In this document: positions 1 to 8,454 of the stretch, one piece after another
How positions within the stretch are numbered: the first letter of the stretch is position 1
Layout of the letters: every line of letters begins with the position of its first letter
Origin: an uncultured Candidatus Peribacteria bacterium
GTDB taxonomy: Bacteria; Patescibacteriota; Gracilibacteria; UBA1369
DNA: 64,000 bases
Assembly (NCBI GenBank): GCA_964494085.1
Contig: CAZBQJ010000003.1
Span: forward strand, 137,458-201,457
Direction of reading: 5' to 3'
Made by a program: the position numbers and the translations under genes
The notes under the pieces: model-generated
What the model was told of the DNA's origin: nothing
Seen by the model: the letters and a program-made list of their open reading frames with translations, nothing else
Databases searched by the model: none

Positions 1-462
1 TTGTATCGCGGCAGTGATCATCATGAGCAGAGCATCAGCGGAAAGGGCTTCGTCGACACTCAAGGTGAACGGGGTGGCCAGCAAGGCAGGCTCGTCTACC
101 TGACTACCCCCGACACTCACGATTGTGGCCCCATCAAGGTCGCTACTGTCAGTAATTCGGGTTCGATTCTCTACGCAGCGAGCGCTCCTGTGCACTTTTA
201 CTACCTCTCCACCGAGCTGTCGGAGGAGGTTTGGATGAAGTTGCATGGTGGCGCCGCTCCCACGGCCAGCGACTACTACTCGGCAGAGTTTGGTAGTATG
301 CTGATCGACATCTTCGATTGCCAGACCGGTTCTTCATGTGGTCTGGCTTCGAAGGTTGGAGCTCTTCCTCCGGAAATCGTCAAAGATAACGGGATTGGAG
401 CCAGCGCCACCGTCGACGGTGCATTCTGCGGACGCCTGTTTGTAGTCATGGTTGCCAAGTAA
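1..462 (+). CDS. hypothetical protein, 5'-truncated by the window edge; GC-rich ORF unlike the rest of the window
   Basis: The frame is open from nt 1 to TAA at 460-462. No motif recognised. GC-rich codons. Followed by a strong hairpin at 485-520. Confidence 0.4.
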   Translation: MYRGSDHHEQSISGKGFVDTQGERGGQQGRLVYLTTPDTHDCGPIKVATVSNSGSILYAASAPVHFYYLSTELSEEVWMKLHGGAAPTASDYYSAEFGSMLIDIFDCQTGSSCGLASKVGALPPEIVKDNGIGASATVDGAFCGRLFVVMVAK

Positions 463-484
463 GGCGCAATGATTACCGACAAAT

Positions 485-520
485 ACCCACCCTGGAAGCT
501 TTTGGGCTTCCAGGGTGGGT
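485..520. terminator. 15-bp perfect stem-loop between convergent genes (possible bidirectional terminator, no clear U-tract)
   Basis: acccaccctggaagc (485-499), loop ttttgg, gcttccagggtgggt (506-520). Lies between the stop at 462 (+) and the stop at 614 (-). Confidence 0.45.
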
Positions 521-613
521 GCTCACTAGCAATCGATTAGTAAATTCCAATGGATTTCTTCTCACATTAAACCACACGCTTCAATTTTTATTGAGCGCTA
601 TTTTTTTATGAAT

Positions 614-1567
614 TTATTTCTTAATCTCGATCTCTATCTTTTTATCCAATTCTCTCTTCAGTCCGGCCGCCTCCCTTTCACCCAAATATTTGTTTCTATC
701 CTTTTCTTGTTTCAATAGATTCAAAAGATATATCCCATAACCGCTTTTGGTAAATTTGTTTGCCAATTTTTCCAGTTGCTCGGCACTAATATATCCTTGA
801 TTATAAGCCACTTCCTCGATACAGCCAATTTTTACACCTTGTCTTTTTTCAATTGCTTCCACAAAATTACTGGCCTGCATCATTGATTCAAAAGTGCCTG
901 TATCCAACCAAGCCACACCTCTATCTAAAATCTGTACTTTCAATTTTCCCCGATTTAAATATTCCGCACTCACGTCGGTAATTTCATATTCCAATCTAGC
1001 ACTCGGCTGCAGGTTTTTAGCGATTTCAATCACCTCATTGTCATAGAAATACAATCCCGGAATGGCGAAATTTGAGCGGGCCTTCAGAGGTTTTTCCTCA
1101 ATCGAAACTGCTTTCTGATCAGCGTCAAATTCTACCACACCATAGCGCTCCGGATCATTAACATGATAAGCGAAAACGATTCCTCCATCCGGGTCATGAG
1201 AATCCTGCAATAATTCATCAATTCCTGCTCCATAAAAAATATTGTCACCGAGAATCAAACAAACTTTTTCTTTACCAATAAATTTTTCACCAATTACAAA
1301 CGCCTCAGCCAAACCTCTCGGTTCCGGTTGTACTTCATAACTGAAGTTACAGCCCAACGCTGCACCATCGCCCAACAAATTCTTAAAAGCCCACTGTTCC
1401 TGTGAAGTGGTAATAATCAGGATATCTCTAATTCCCGCCGCCATTAAAGTCGCAATCGGATAGTAAATCATCGGCTTATCATAAATCGGCATCAATTGTT
1501 TACTGATGGCCAAAGTGATTGGGTGCAATCTGCTACCGGTCCCACCGGCTAGGACAATTCCTTTCAT
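614..1567 (-). CDS. rfbA: glucose-1-phosphate thymidylyltransferase (RmlA) with a Lys/Glu-rich C-terminal tail
   Basis: N-terminus MKGIVLAGGTGSRLHPIT (nucleotidyltransferase G-loop) and strong RmlA-like sequence throughout. Start refined to ATG at 1567; the ORF track extends to 1636. Confidence 0.9.
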   Translation of the reverse strand: MKGIVLAGGTGSRLHPITLAISKQLMPIYDKPMIYYPIATLMAAGIRDILIITTSQEQWAFKNLLGDGAALGCNFSYEVQPEPRGLAEAFVIGEKFIGKEKVCLILGDNIFYGAGIDELLQDSHDPDGGIVFAYHVNDPERYGVVEFDADQKAVSIEEKPLKARSNFAIPGLYFYDNEVIEIAKNLQPSARLEYEITDVSAEYLNRGKLKVQILDRGVAWLDTGTFESMMQASNFVEAIEKRQGVKIGCIEEVAYNQGYISAEQLEKLANKFTKSGYGIYLLNLLKQEKDRNKYLGEREAAGLKRELDKKIEIEIKK

Positions 1568-1650
1568 AAGATAAATTAATCCCTCCAAGGCTACCACATA
1601 ACCAGACCTTGGCAAGGCACTGTGTAGCCAAAACATTAGATATCCTTGAC

Positions 1651-2520
1651 TTACCCTAGAAAATCTTTCAAAGCATCCTTCCAGTGTCGTAATTCAGGTA
1701 GTTTTGTATTCAAAAGCACCGAGTATTGAGGCCTTGCAGCTAGCGCCTCCCAGTCTTTCATTGAACATGGTTGTACCAATTCAGGGTCCATCTCAGCGTC
1801 CCTGATCAAAGTTTTCGCCAGTTCATACCAATTAGTCGCACCAGCATTAGTAATATGATAAATCCCAGATTCGTATTCATTTGATTCCAGTAACCATTTT
1901 ACTTGCTCCGCTAAATCCAAAGTATAAGTCGGTTTGGCCCATTGATCATCTATTACCTTAAATGTCTCACCGTTTTCTGCCTTATCCAGCAATTTGGATA
2001 GTAAATTTGTCCCATATTTTCCAAACAAATATGAGGTTCGGATGATAAAAAACTTCCCTTCTTCTGCCTCTAAACCATCAAATTCCGCTTCCATCGCATC
2101 TGTCAATAATCCTTCTCCCAGTAGTTTGCTTCTACCATAGGCGTTGATCGGAGCTGGTTGAGCCTCTTCATTATATCCATCTCTATTCTCCCCATCGAAA
2201 ACATAATCGGTACTGAAATGTACCAGAGTAATCCCAAAATCCCGACAGATTCTAGCTAATTCTCCGACTGCTTTCCCATTAATCAAATTGGCTAAATCTT
2301 CTTCTTGCTCAGCCTTGTTTACATCTTTGTAGGCAACTGCATTGATAATCACATCCGGTCTGGAATTCATGATTTCGGTTTTCAAAGCCTCTTTATTGGT
2401 AATATCCAAGTCATCATGTCCTAAAGCCACAAAATCTCGGTCACGAAAGACTGTCTGCAAGTCCATCCCCAGCATTCCATTTTTCCCCAATATTAAATAA
2501 CGACTCTTGGAATCAATCAT
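1651..2520 (-). CDS. rfbD: dTDP-4-dehydrorhamnose reductase-like (RmlD family)
   Basis: ILGKNGMLG Rossmann motif, STDYVFDG, YGRSK (YxxxK). Start refined to ATG at 2520 (M55 of the track ORF), because the longer ORF would overlap proS. Confidence 0.85.
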   Translation of the reverse strand: MIDSKSRYLILGKNGMLGMDLQTVFRDRDFVALGHDDLDITNKEALKTEIMNSRPDVIINAVAYKDVNKAEQEEDLANLINGKAVGELARICRDFGITLVHFSTDYVFDGENRDGYNEEAQPAPINAYGRSKLLGEGLLTDAMEAEFDGLEAEEGKFFIIRTSYLFGKYGTNLLSKLLDKAENGETFKVIDDQWAKPTYTLDLAEQVKWLLESNEYESGIYHITNAGATNWYELAKTLIRDAEMDPELVQPCSMKDWEALAARPQYSVLLNTKLPELRHWKDALKDFLG

Positions 2521-2521
2521 T

Positions 2522-4000
2522 TTAATAAGCTTTGGCAAATATAATCTTTCTTTTCGAAGGCTTCCCACAGCGTATACATTGGCCTTCTTCTGCTTTCCCG
2601 TCAAAGGGAAAGCATCTGGTAGAGGCTTTAGTCTCTTCTTTAATTTTTGATTCACATTCAGCATCTTCACACCAGGGAGCATAGATAAACCCGGGAATTT
2701 CCTGCTTTAACTGTTTTTTGAAATCCTCATAATTATCGACGAAATGGCTATTTTCTCGGAGTAATTTCTGAGCTTTGGCTAATAAATCATTTTGAATTGA
2801 TTCCAACAAATCCTTTACTGTTACACTAAGTTTTGCAATTTCAATCGGTTGTTTTTCCGATGTATCACGCCTGGCCACCACGGCACTACCAGCTTCCAGA
2901 TCACGGGGCCCTATTTCAATCCTCACCGGCACTCCTTTCTTTTCCCATTCAAAAAACTTTTCGCCCATGGTCAAGTGTTCTCTGGCATCCAGTTCCACAT
3001 TTTCAATTTCTTTGCTTAAATCTTCAACCACCTTCTGGCAGAATTCCAGGACTTTTTCCTTACTGGATTCATCTTTCCAGATAGGCACCACAATTACTTT
3101 AATCGGAGCGACCTTCGGTGGTAAAACCAATCCCTTGTCATCACTATGTGTCATTATCAATTGGCCTATCAGTCTTGTGCTGACACCCCAACTGGTTTGC
3201 CAGACATATTCCTGTTTACCTTCTTTGGAAGTGTATTTAACATCAAAAGCCCTGGCAAAATTCTGGCCCAAATTATGCGCAGTTCCGGCCTGGAGAGCCT
3301 TTCCGTCCTGCATCATTGCTTCGATACAGTAAGTGTACAGAGCTCCGGCGAATTTTTCGCTTTCCGATTTTTGGCCTGGTATGACCGGAGTAGCCAAATA
3401 ATTTGTACAAAATTCTTCATATTTACCGAGCATCTTTTTTGCTTCAATTTCTGCTTCGTCAAAACTGGCATGACAGGTGTGTCCTTCCTGCCAAAGAAAC
3501 TCAGTAGTCCGCAAAAAAGGCCTGGTTCGCATTTCCCAACGGACGACATTACACCATTGATTGATCATCAGTGGCAGATCTCTCCAGGAGTTTATCCATC
3601 TGCTGAAAGTTGCATACATTATTGTTTCAGAAGTCGGTCGCACAATCAATTCTTCCGCCAATTTCGCTTCCGGATCAACCACAATTCCTTCGGGAGAAGC
3701 CATTAGACGGTGATGAGTCACTACAGCACATTCTTTGGCAAAACCATCCACATGTTCAGCTTCTTTGGTCAAAAAGGATTTCGGAATAAATAGTGGGAAA
3801 TAAGCATTTTTGTGACCAGTTTCTTTGATCATTTTATCCAGAATTTTTTGAAAAATCTCCCAGATGCTGTAACCGTACGGTTTGATCACCATACAGCCGC
3901 GGACATCAGAGTTTTCTGCCAATTCAGCCGCCTGAACTATATCCAGGTACCATTCAGAATAATCCTGGCTGCGCGCTGTAATATTTTTTTTAGAAGCCAT
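2522..4000 (-). CDS. proS: proline--tRNA ligase, archaeal/eukaryote-like type (no INS editing domain; C-terminal Zn-binding domain ending in Tyr)
   Basis: 492 aa with class II aaRS motifs and a Cys-rich C-terminal domain (CEDAECE...CIRCGK) ending ...FAKAY. Confidence 0.95.
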   Translation of the reverse strand: MASKKNITARSQDYSEWYLDIVQAAELAENSDVRGCMVIKPYGYSIWEIFQKILDKMIKETGHKNAYFPLFIPKSFLTKEAEHVDGFAKECAVVTHHRLMASPEGIVVDPEAKLAEELIVRPTSETIMYATFSRWINSWRDLPLMINQWCNVVRWEMRTRPFLRTTEFLWQEGHTCHASFDEAEIEAKKMLGKYEEFCTNYLATPVIPGQKSESEKFAGALYTYCIEAMMQDGKALQAGTAHNLGQNFARAFDVKYTSKEGKQEYVWQTSWGVSTRLIGQLIMTHSDDKGLVLPPKVAPIKVIVVPIWKDESSKEKVLEFCQKVVEDLSKEIENVELDAREHLTMGEKFFEWEKKGVPVRIEIGPRDLEAGSAVVARRDTSEKQPIEIAKLSVTVKDLLESIQNDLLAKAQKLLRENSHFVDNYEDFKKQLKQEIPGFIYAPWCEDAECESKIKEETKASTRCFPFDGKAEEGQCIRCGKPSKRKIIFAKAY

Positions 4001-4009
4001 TTTATGAAA

Positions 4010-5077
4010 TTATTTTTTAACTTTTTCAGTCTTAATCATTTCTGGGGTTTCCCTCATTAATCCTGTCGATTTTCTTTCTCGAACAAAATTTTGTAAGCGT
4101 GATTCTGTTGACCTGACCCACTCCGGATTAGCTTTGTACCATTCAAAAGTCATCTTGATACCATCTTCAAACTTAATCGAAGGCTGCCATCCCAGTTCCT
4201 TACCAATTTTGGCCGGATCTATGGCATAGCGGCGATCATGTGCTTTACGATCTTCCACAAACTTCAGACTATCTTCTGGCTTTCCCAGGAAATTCAAAAT
4301 CAATTTGGCAATTTGTAAGTTATTCTTTTCATTATGTCCACCGATATTGTATACTTCACCATAATTTTTGCCGGAAACAATCAGGTCAATTGCTCGGCAA
4401 TGATCTGACACATACAGCCAGTCTCGTACATTTAAACCATCTCCATAAATAGGCAGAGGCTCTCCCTTTGCCGCTAATTTGAAAAAGAAAGGCACTAGTT
4501 TTTCCGGGAATTGATATGGCCCATAGTTATTTGAACAACGGCTGATTGTCACTGGAAATTGATAAGTTTCAAAATATGATCTGACCAACAAGTCAGCAGA
4601 AGCTTTTGTTGCAGCATAAGGGCAATTTGGGGCGAGGGGAGTGCTTTCAGTAAAAAAATCGGTTGAATTATCCCCCAGATCTCCATAAACCTCATCTGTA
4701 GAAATTTGATGATAGCGTGAAACATTGTTTTCTCTCGAAGCCAAAAGCAAATTATGAGTACCGACAATATTTGTCTGTACAAAAACACTCGGCCCCAGAA
4801 TGCTCCGATCAACATGAGTTTCAGCCGCAAAATTGATCACCAAATCGAATTTTTCCACCGCGAAAAATTCATTCACAAACGTACTATCACCGATATCTCC
4901 CTGCACAAATCTAACCTTTCCCAGATCAACCAGGCTCTGAACATTTGGCATATTACCGGCATAAGTTAATTTATCCAAAATCACGATCTGATCGTCGGCG
5001 TATTTATCTGCATGAAAATACGCGTAATTTGATCCTATAAATCCTGCTCCACCTGTAATAAGTACTTTTCTAGACAT
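4010..5077 (-). CDS. rfbB: dTDP-glucose 4,6-dehydratase (RmlB)
   Basis: ITGGAGFIGSNY Rossmann motif, YAATKASADLL (YxxxK), typical RmlB length plus a basic C-terminal tail. Confidence 0.92.
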   Translation of the reverse strand: MSRKVLITGGAGFIGSNYAYFHADKYADDQIVILDKLTYAGNMPNVQSLVDLGKVRFVQGDIGDSTFVNEFFAVEKFDLVINFAAETHVDRSILGPSVFVQTNIVGTHNLLLASRENNVSRYHQISTDEVYGDLGDNSTDFFTESTPLAPNCPYAATKASADLLVRSYFETYQFPVTISRCSNNYGPYQFPEKLVPFFFKLAAKGEPLPIYGDGLNVRDWLYVSDHCRAIDLIVSGKNYGEVYNIGGHNEKNNLQIAKLILNFLGKPEDSLKFVEDRKAHDRRYAIDPAKIGKELGWQPSIKFEDGIKMTFEWYKANPEWVRSTESRLQNFVRERKSTGLMRETPEMIKTEKVKK

Positions 5078-5483
5078 TGGCCTTTAGATAATTTTCATAT
5101 TCTTTTAAATCCAAAATATATTTGGATTTGTCATAATGCATGTTGCACAAAGTAAACATAACTGAATGCTCACTAAAATCAACAAATTCTCTCCACAGAT
5201 CCGCCTTCATTTCTAAGGCCTCCCCAGGACCGTTTAGCCTGATTTCATGCCAATTTGTACCGTCGTATATCTTCGCCAGGCATTCGCCCTGAGCCATTAT
5301 ATAAAACTTCCTTTCTCCTTTCACGCAATGCCCACCTCTTGAGAGCTTTGTGTCAGTAACCCAATAAGATCTTTTGATTTGCCAATCGACAATTTCATCA
5401 AGTCTGTCAAAGACCGTTAAATTTCCTCGTGGATCAGTATGTGTTGGAATTTGATGTTTAACAAACAGGCTGTCTGTATTCAT
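5070..5483 (-). CDS. small cupin, FdtA/WxcM-like dTDP-sugar 3,4-ketoisomerase family (occupies the slot expected for RmlC)
   Basis: 137 aa. DPRGNLTVFD...IKRSYWV...SRGGHCVKG aligns by eye with FdtA DSRGSLVAIE...IKRVYYI...PRGFHAHKK. Overlaps the rfbB start by 8 nt. Confidence 0.6.
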   Translation of the reverse strand: MNTDSLFVKHQIPTHTDPRGNLTVFDRLDEIVDWQIKRSYWVTDTKLSRGGHCVKGERKFYIMAQGECLAKIYDGTNWHEIRLNGPGEALEMKADLWREFVDFSEHSVMFTLCNMHYDKSKYILDLKEYENYLKANV

Positions 5484-5492
5484 TCATTCAAA

Positions 5493-7988
5493 TTAAAGTG
5501 TTCTGATTTTCTTATCCATCTTGTATGGTATCAGCAAGTCTCCTACTTCAATCTTGATCCCACCAGAAACTTTCAGACCACACTCCGCACCTTCCCTTAC
5601 TTCGTGAACTGACTCCATGTTTTTCTGTAGAGAAGTGATAGTTACTTCACCAAGGTTTTCATCATTCCTCATTACTCTCAATTTAACCTTGTTCTGGACT
5701 ATTCCGGATTTCACTAGACAGCCAATAATCATTTCCTTCTTCTTACTAAAGAATATCGCCTTTACCTCCAGTTCACCCATAATATTTTCGATGAATTCCG
5801 GCTCCAGTAAACCGTTCAAAATCTTCTTAATATCATCCAATAATTTGTAAATGATATCGTAATGAATAACTTCCACATTTTCTCTTTCAGCGGCCGCCAT
5901 TACATTTTGATTGGCCTTAACGCGAAAACTCATCACGATCGCTCCCGAGGCGGCCGCCATCATGACGTCTGATTCTGTAACATCTCCTACACCGGATAAA
6001 ATTATCTTTACTCCAACATCTTCATGTTTAATTTCCGCAATAGAATGTTTCAAGGCCTCCAAACTACCATTTGTATCCGCTTTCAAAACAATTTTCAAAG
6101 TCTTTAGCTGACCGGAGCTGATCGCCGAAATAATTTCTCCAACACCACGCTCTTTTTGTTGCGCTTTACGCAGGTTCTTAATGGTGATCGCTCTCATTCT
6201 GGCAGTTCTTTCATCAGGGACAACTTGCACAATATCACCACTAACCGCCTTTTCTGTCAGACCGGCTATCAAAACCGGTGTGGAAGGGCCGGCAAACTTC
6301 ACCTTGTTTCCCAAATGGTCAAGCATCACTTTGACACGGCCATAACCTTCTCCGATAACAATATTGTCCATCAATTTAATCGTTCCTGTATTGACAATAA
6401 TTGTCGCGACAGGTCCCAAACTATGATTTAAATGGGCTTCAATCACCGTTCCAATTCCTTCGCGGTGTGGATTGGCTTTGATGTTTCCCATGTCAGCCAC
6501 CAACAGTATCATGTCCAGCAGATCCTGTATTCCTTTACCGGTAACTGCGGATACTGGAACAATCACTGTCGAACCACCCCATTCTTCTGGGATAAGTTCT
6601 ACTCCCGCCAATTCACCCTTAACCTTTTCTATGTCCGCGTTGGGTTTATCTATTTTTGTAATAGCCACTATAATTGGCACTTTGGCGTCACGAGCATGCT
6701 GCAAAGCTTCCAGAGTCTGCGGTTTGATTCCCTCATCAGCCGCCACAACCAAAACAGCAATATCAGTAACGCGCGCTCCGCGCGCTCTCATCGCAGTAAA
6801 AGCCTCATGTCCCGGTGTATCCAGAAAGGTGATTTTTTTACCATTCTTTTCAGCTTGGTAAGCAGCAATATGCTGAGTAATTCCACCGGATTCCGACTCC
6901 ATTACATTGGCATTTCGAATATAATCCAATAATTTGGTTTTACCATGATCCACATGTCCCATAATCACGACAATCGGCGGTCGAGGCTCCAAAACTGAAG
7001 TATCATGTTCTTTCATCAAAGATTCCAGATTCCCCATAAAGAGATCTTCTGCAGAGGCGATCGATTGTCTTTTCTTAATCTTTACTCTCAGATCTTCAGC
7101 AATAATGGCAGCCGTATCAAAATCGATCTGTTGATTTATATTGGCCAGAATCCCATTTTTCATCAGTTCCCCAATAATTTTCGCGGCACCCAAGCCACTT
7201 TTTTCAGCAAATTCTTTAACCGAAATTGTTTCCGGCACTTCTACTACACGATTAGGATCATACTTGAGCGTATTACTGATCGTCGGCGCTTGTTTAACTT
7301 GCGGACGTGAATCCTTTCCCGCCATCTTTTTTCTTTGGCTGTGGACAATCTCTCTCTCTCGTTCTTCAGCAATCATTTCATCATAAAGCTCCGCCGTATC
7401 TTTTGGACCTCGATCTTCCTTGATGCCAAGTAATTCATCAGAAATGGTTGAATCTTGCTTAACCTTCGGTTTCGGCAATCTGTTTTTGTCCTTTTTAACC
7501 TTTCTTTCAAAAACACCTTTGGTTTTTGCTTGTTTCTTTTCCTCCAAATAGGGTAAAGGAGCAGTCTCCTGTTTCTTTTCTGGTTTTTCAAAAATAATAA
7601 ACTGCTCTCTTTTCGGCTTTTCTTTTGGCGATTGTTCCTTCGGTGTTTCTTGAGCCGACTTTTCCTTTTTTAGCTCCAAATCAATCTTTTTTGGAGTCTT
7701 TTTCGGTTTTTCTTTAGGTTTGGCCTTTTCAGCTTTCTTGCTTTCCTCTTCTTTCTGCTGAAAATAGCTAATCAGTTCTTTGGCTGTTTTGGCGTCTACT
7801 GTCCTGGCTGTTGGAGCCAGTTCATAACCCATTTCCTTAGCGGCAAAATGAATATCTCGCACCGAAACATAGCATTCCTGGGCAATATCAATAAGTAAAA
7901 CTTCGTTTTGTTTGGAGTTGACCACGTTTTTCGGGTGTTTACGATTCGAAAGCCATTCAAGTTTAGTGACAAGTTGGAAGAATGTCAA
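5493..7988 (-). CDS. infB: translation initiation factor IF-2
   Basis: G-domain GHVDHGKTKLLD, DTPGHEAF, TKIDK. Lys/Glu-rich N-terminal region. TTG start at 7988. Confidence 0.95.
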   Translation of the reverse strand: MTFFQLVTKLEWLSNRKHPKNVVNSKQNEVLLIDIAQECYVSVRDIHFAAKEMGYELAPTARTVDAKTAKELISYFQQKEEESKKAEKAKPKEKPKKTPKKIDLELKKEKSAQETPKEQSPKEKPKREQFIIFEKPEKKQETAPLPYLEEKKQAKTKGVFERKVKKDKNRLPKPKVKQDSTISDELLGIKEDRGPKDTAELYDEMIAEEREREIVHSQRKKMAGKDSRPQVKQAPTISNTLKYDPNRVVEVPETISVKEFAEKSGLGAAKIIGELMKNGILANINQQIDFDTAAIIAEDLRVKIKKRQSIASAEDLFMGNLESLMKEHDTSVLEPRPPIVVIMGHVDHGKTKLLDYIRNANVMESESGGITQHIAAYQAEKNGKKITFLDTPGHEAFTAMRARGARVTDIAVLVVAADEGIKPQTLEALQHARDAKVPIIVAITKIDKPNADIEKVKGELAGVELIPEEWGGSTVIVPVSAVTGKGIQDLLDMILLVADMGNIKANPHREGIGTVIEAHLNHSLGPVATIIVNTGTIKLMDNIVIGEGYGRVKVMLDHLGNKVKFAGPSTPVLIAGLTEKAVSGDIVQVVPDERTARMRAITIKNLRKAQQKERGVGEIISAISSGQLKTLKIVLKADTNGSLEALKHSIAEIKHEDVGVKIILSGVGDVTESDVMMAAASGAIVMSFRVKANQNVMAAAERENVEVIHYDIIYKLLDDIKKILNGLLEPEFIENIMGELEVKAIFFSKKKEMIIGCLVKSGIVQNKVKLRVMRNDENLGEVTITSLQKNMESVHEVREGAECGLKVSGGIKIEVGDLLIPYKMDKKIRTL

Positions 7989-8031
7989 AAATTATGCTAA
8001 AATATAAGGATTTAAAAGATTTTACAGCAAT

Positions 8032-8454
8032 ATGGATACAGACCAAACCAAATGCCTCGAAAGCTCTTCCAAACTTACTAATCGACTCATTTATCGGGAT
8101 CAGCGCTCCAGTAACATCGAAAGTTTCTCGCATAAAGAGCAGGATAATCTGGAAGGCGTCAGTGAAACAGTCAAGGAAAGTTACCTCAAGCGCTTAGAGA
8201 TGATGAAGGATATCGATAAAAAAGTCTCTACAATTAGTCAGGAAAGAGAACAATATCTGCAAGCGATTAAAGAGGCTTTAACAGAACTGCCCAAAATGAA
8301 AGGACAGCCTGTACATAAAGATTTCCAATGTTTGGGCGAAACTATCCAAATAGTTATGACCTCCGATGGTGAATACCAAGAATTTATCAATGGAAAGCCG
8401 ATAAATTTTTTAGAATGGGCTATTAGCCAAAAGAATAATCAAATCTCTCAATAA
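8032..8454 (+). CDS. hypothetical small protein, translationally coupled to the downstream SGNH protein
   Basis: 140-aa ORF with no recognised motif. Its TAA stop overlaps the next ATG (TAATG at 8452-8456). Confidence 0.5.
   Translation: MDTDQTKCLESSSKLTNRLIYRDQRSSNIESFSHKEQDNLEGVSETVKESYLKRLEMMKDIDKKVSTISQEREQYLQAIKEALTELPKMKGQPVHKDFQCLGETIQIVMTSDGEYQEFINGKPINFLEWAISQKNNQISQ

Noticed and set aside
3146-3706. 186-aa ORF on the plus strand, together with similar long antisense ORFs at 2967-3332, 6432-6932, 26503-26967, 29078-29494, 40721-41137 and 48074-48529.
   Set aside because: Each lies entirely inside, and antisense to, a well-supported conserved gene (proS, infB, the ATPase paralog, the 3D-domain gene, glyQS, GH130). 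Their translations are low-complexity or hydrophobic with no motifs, which is typical of shadow ORFs.
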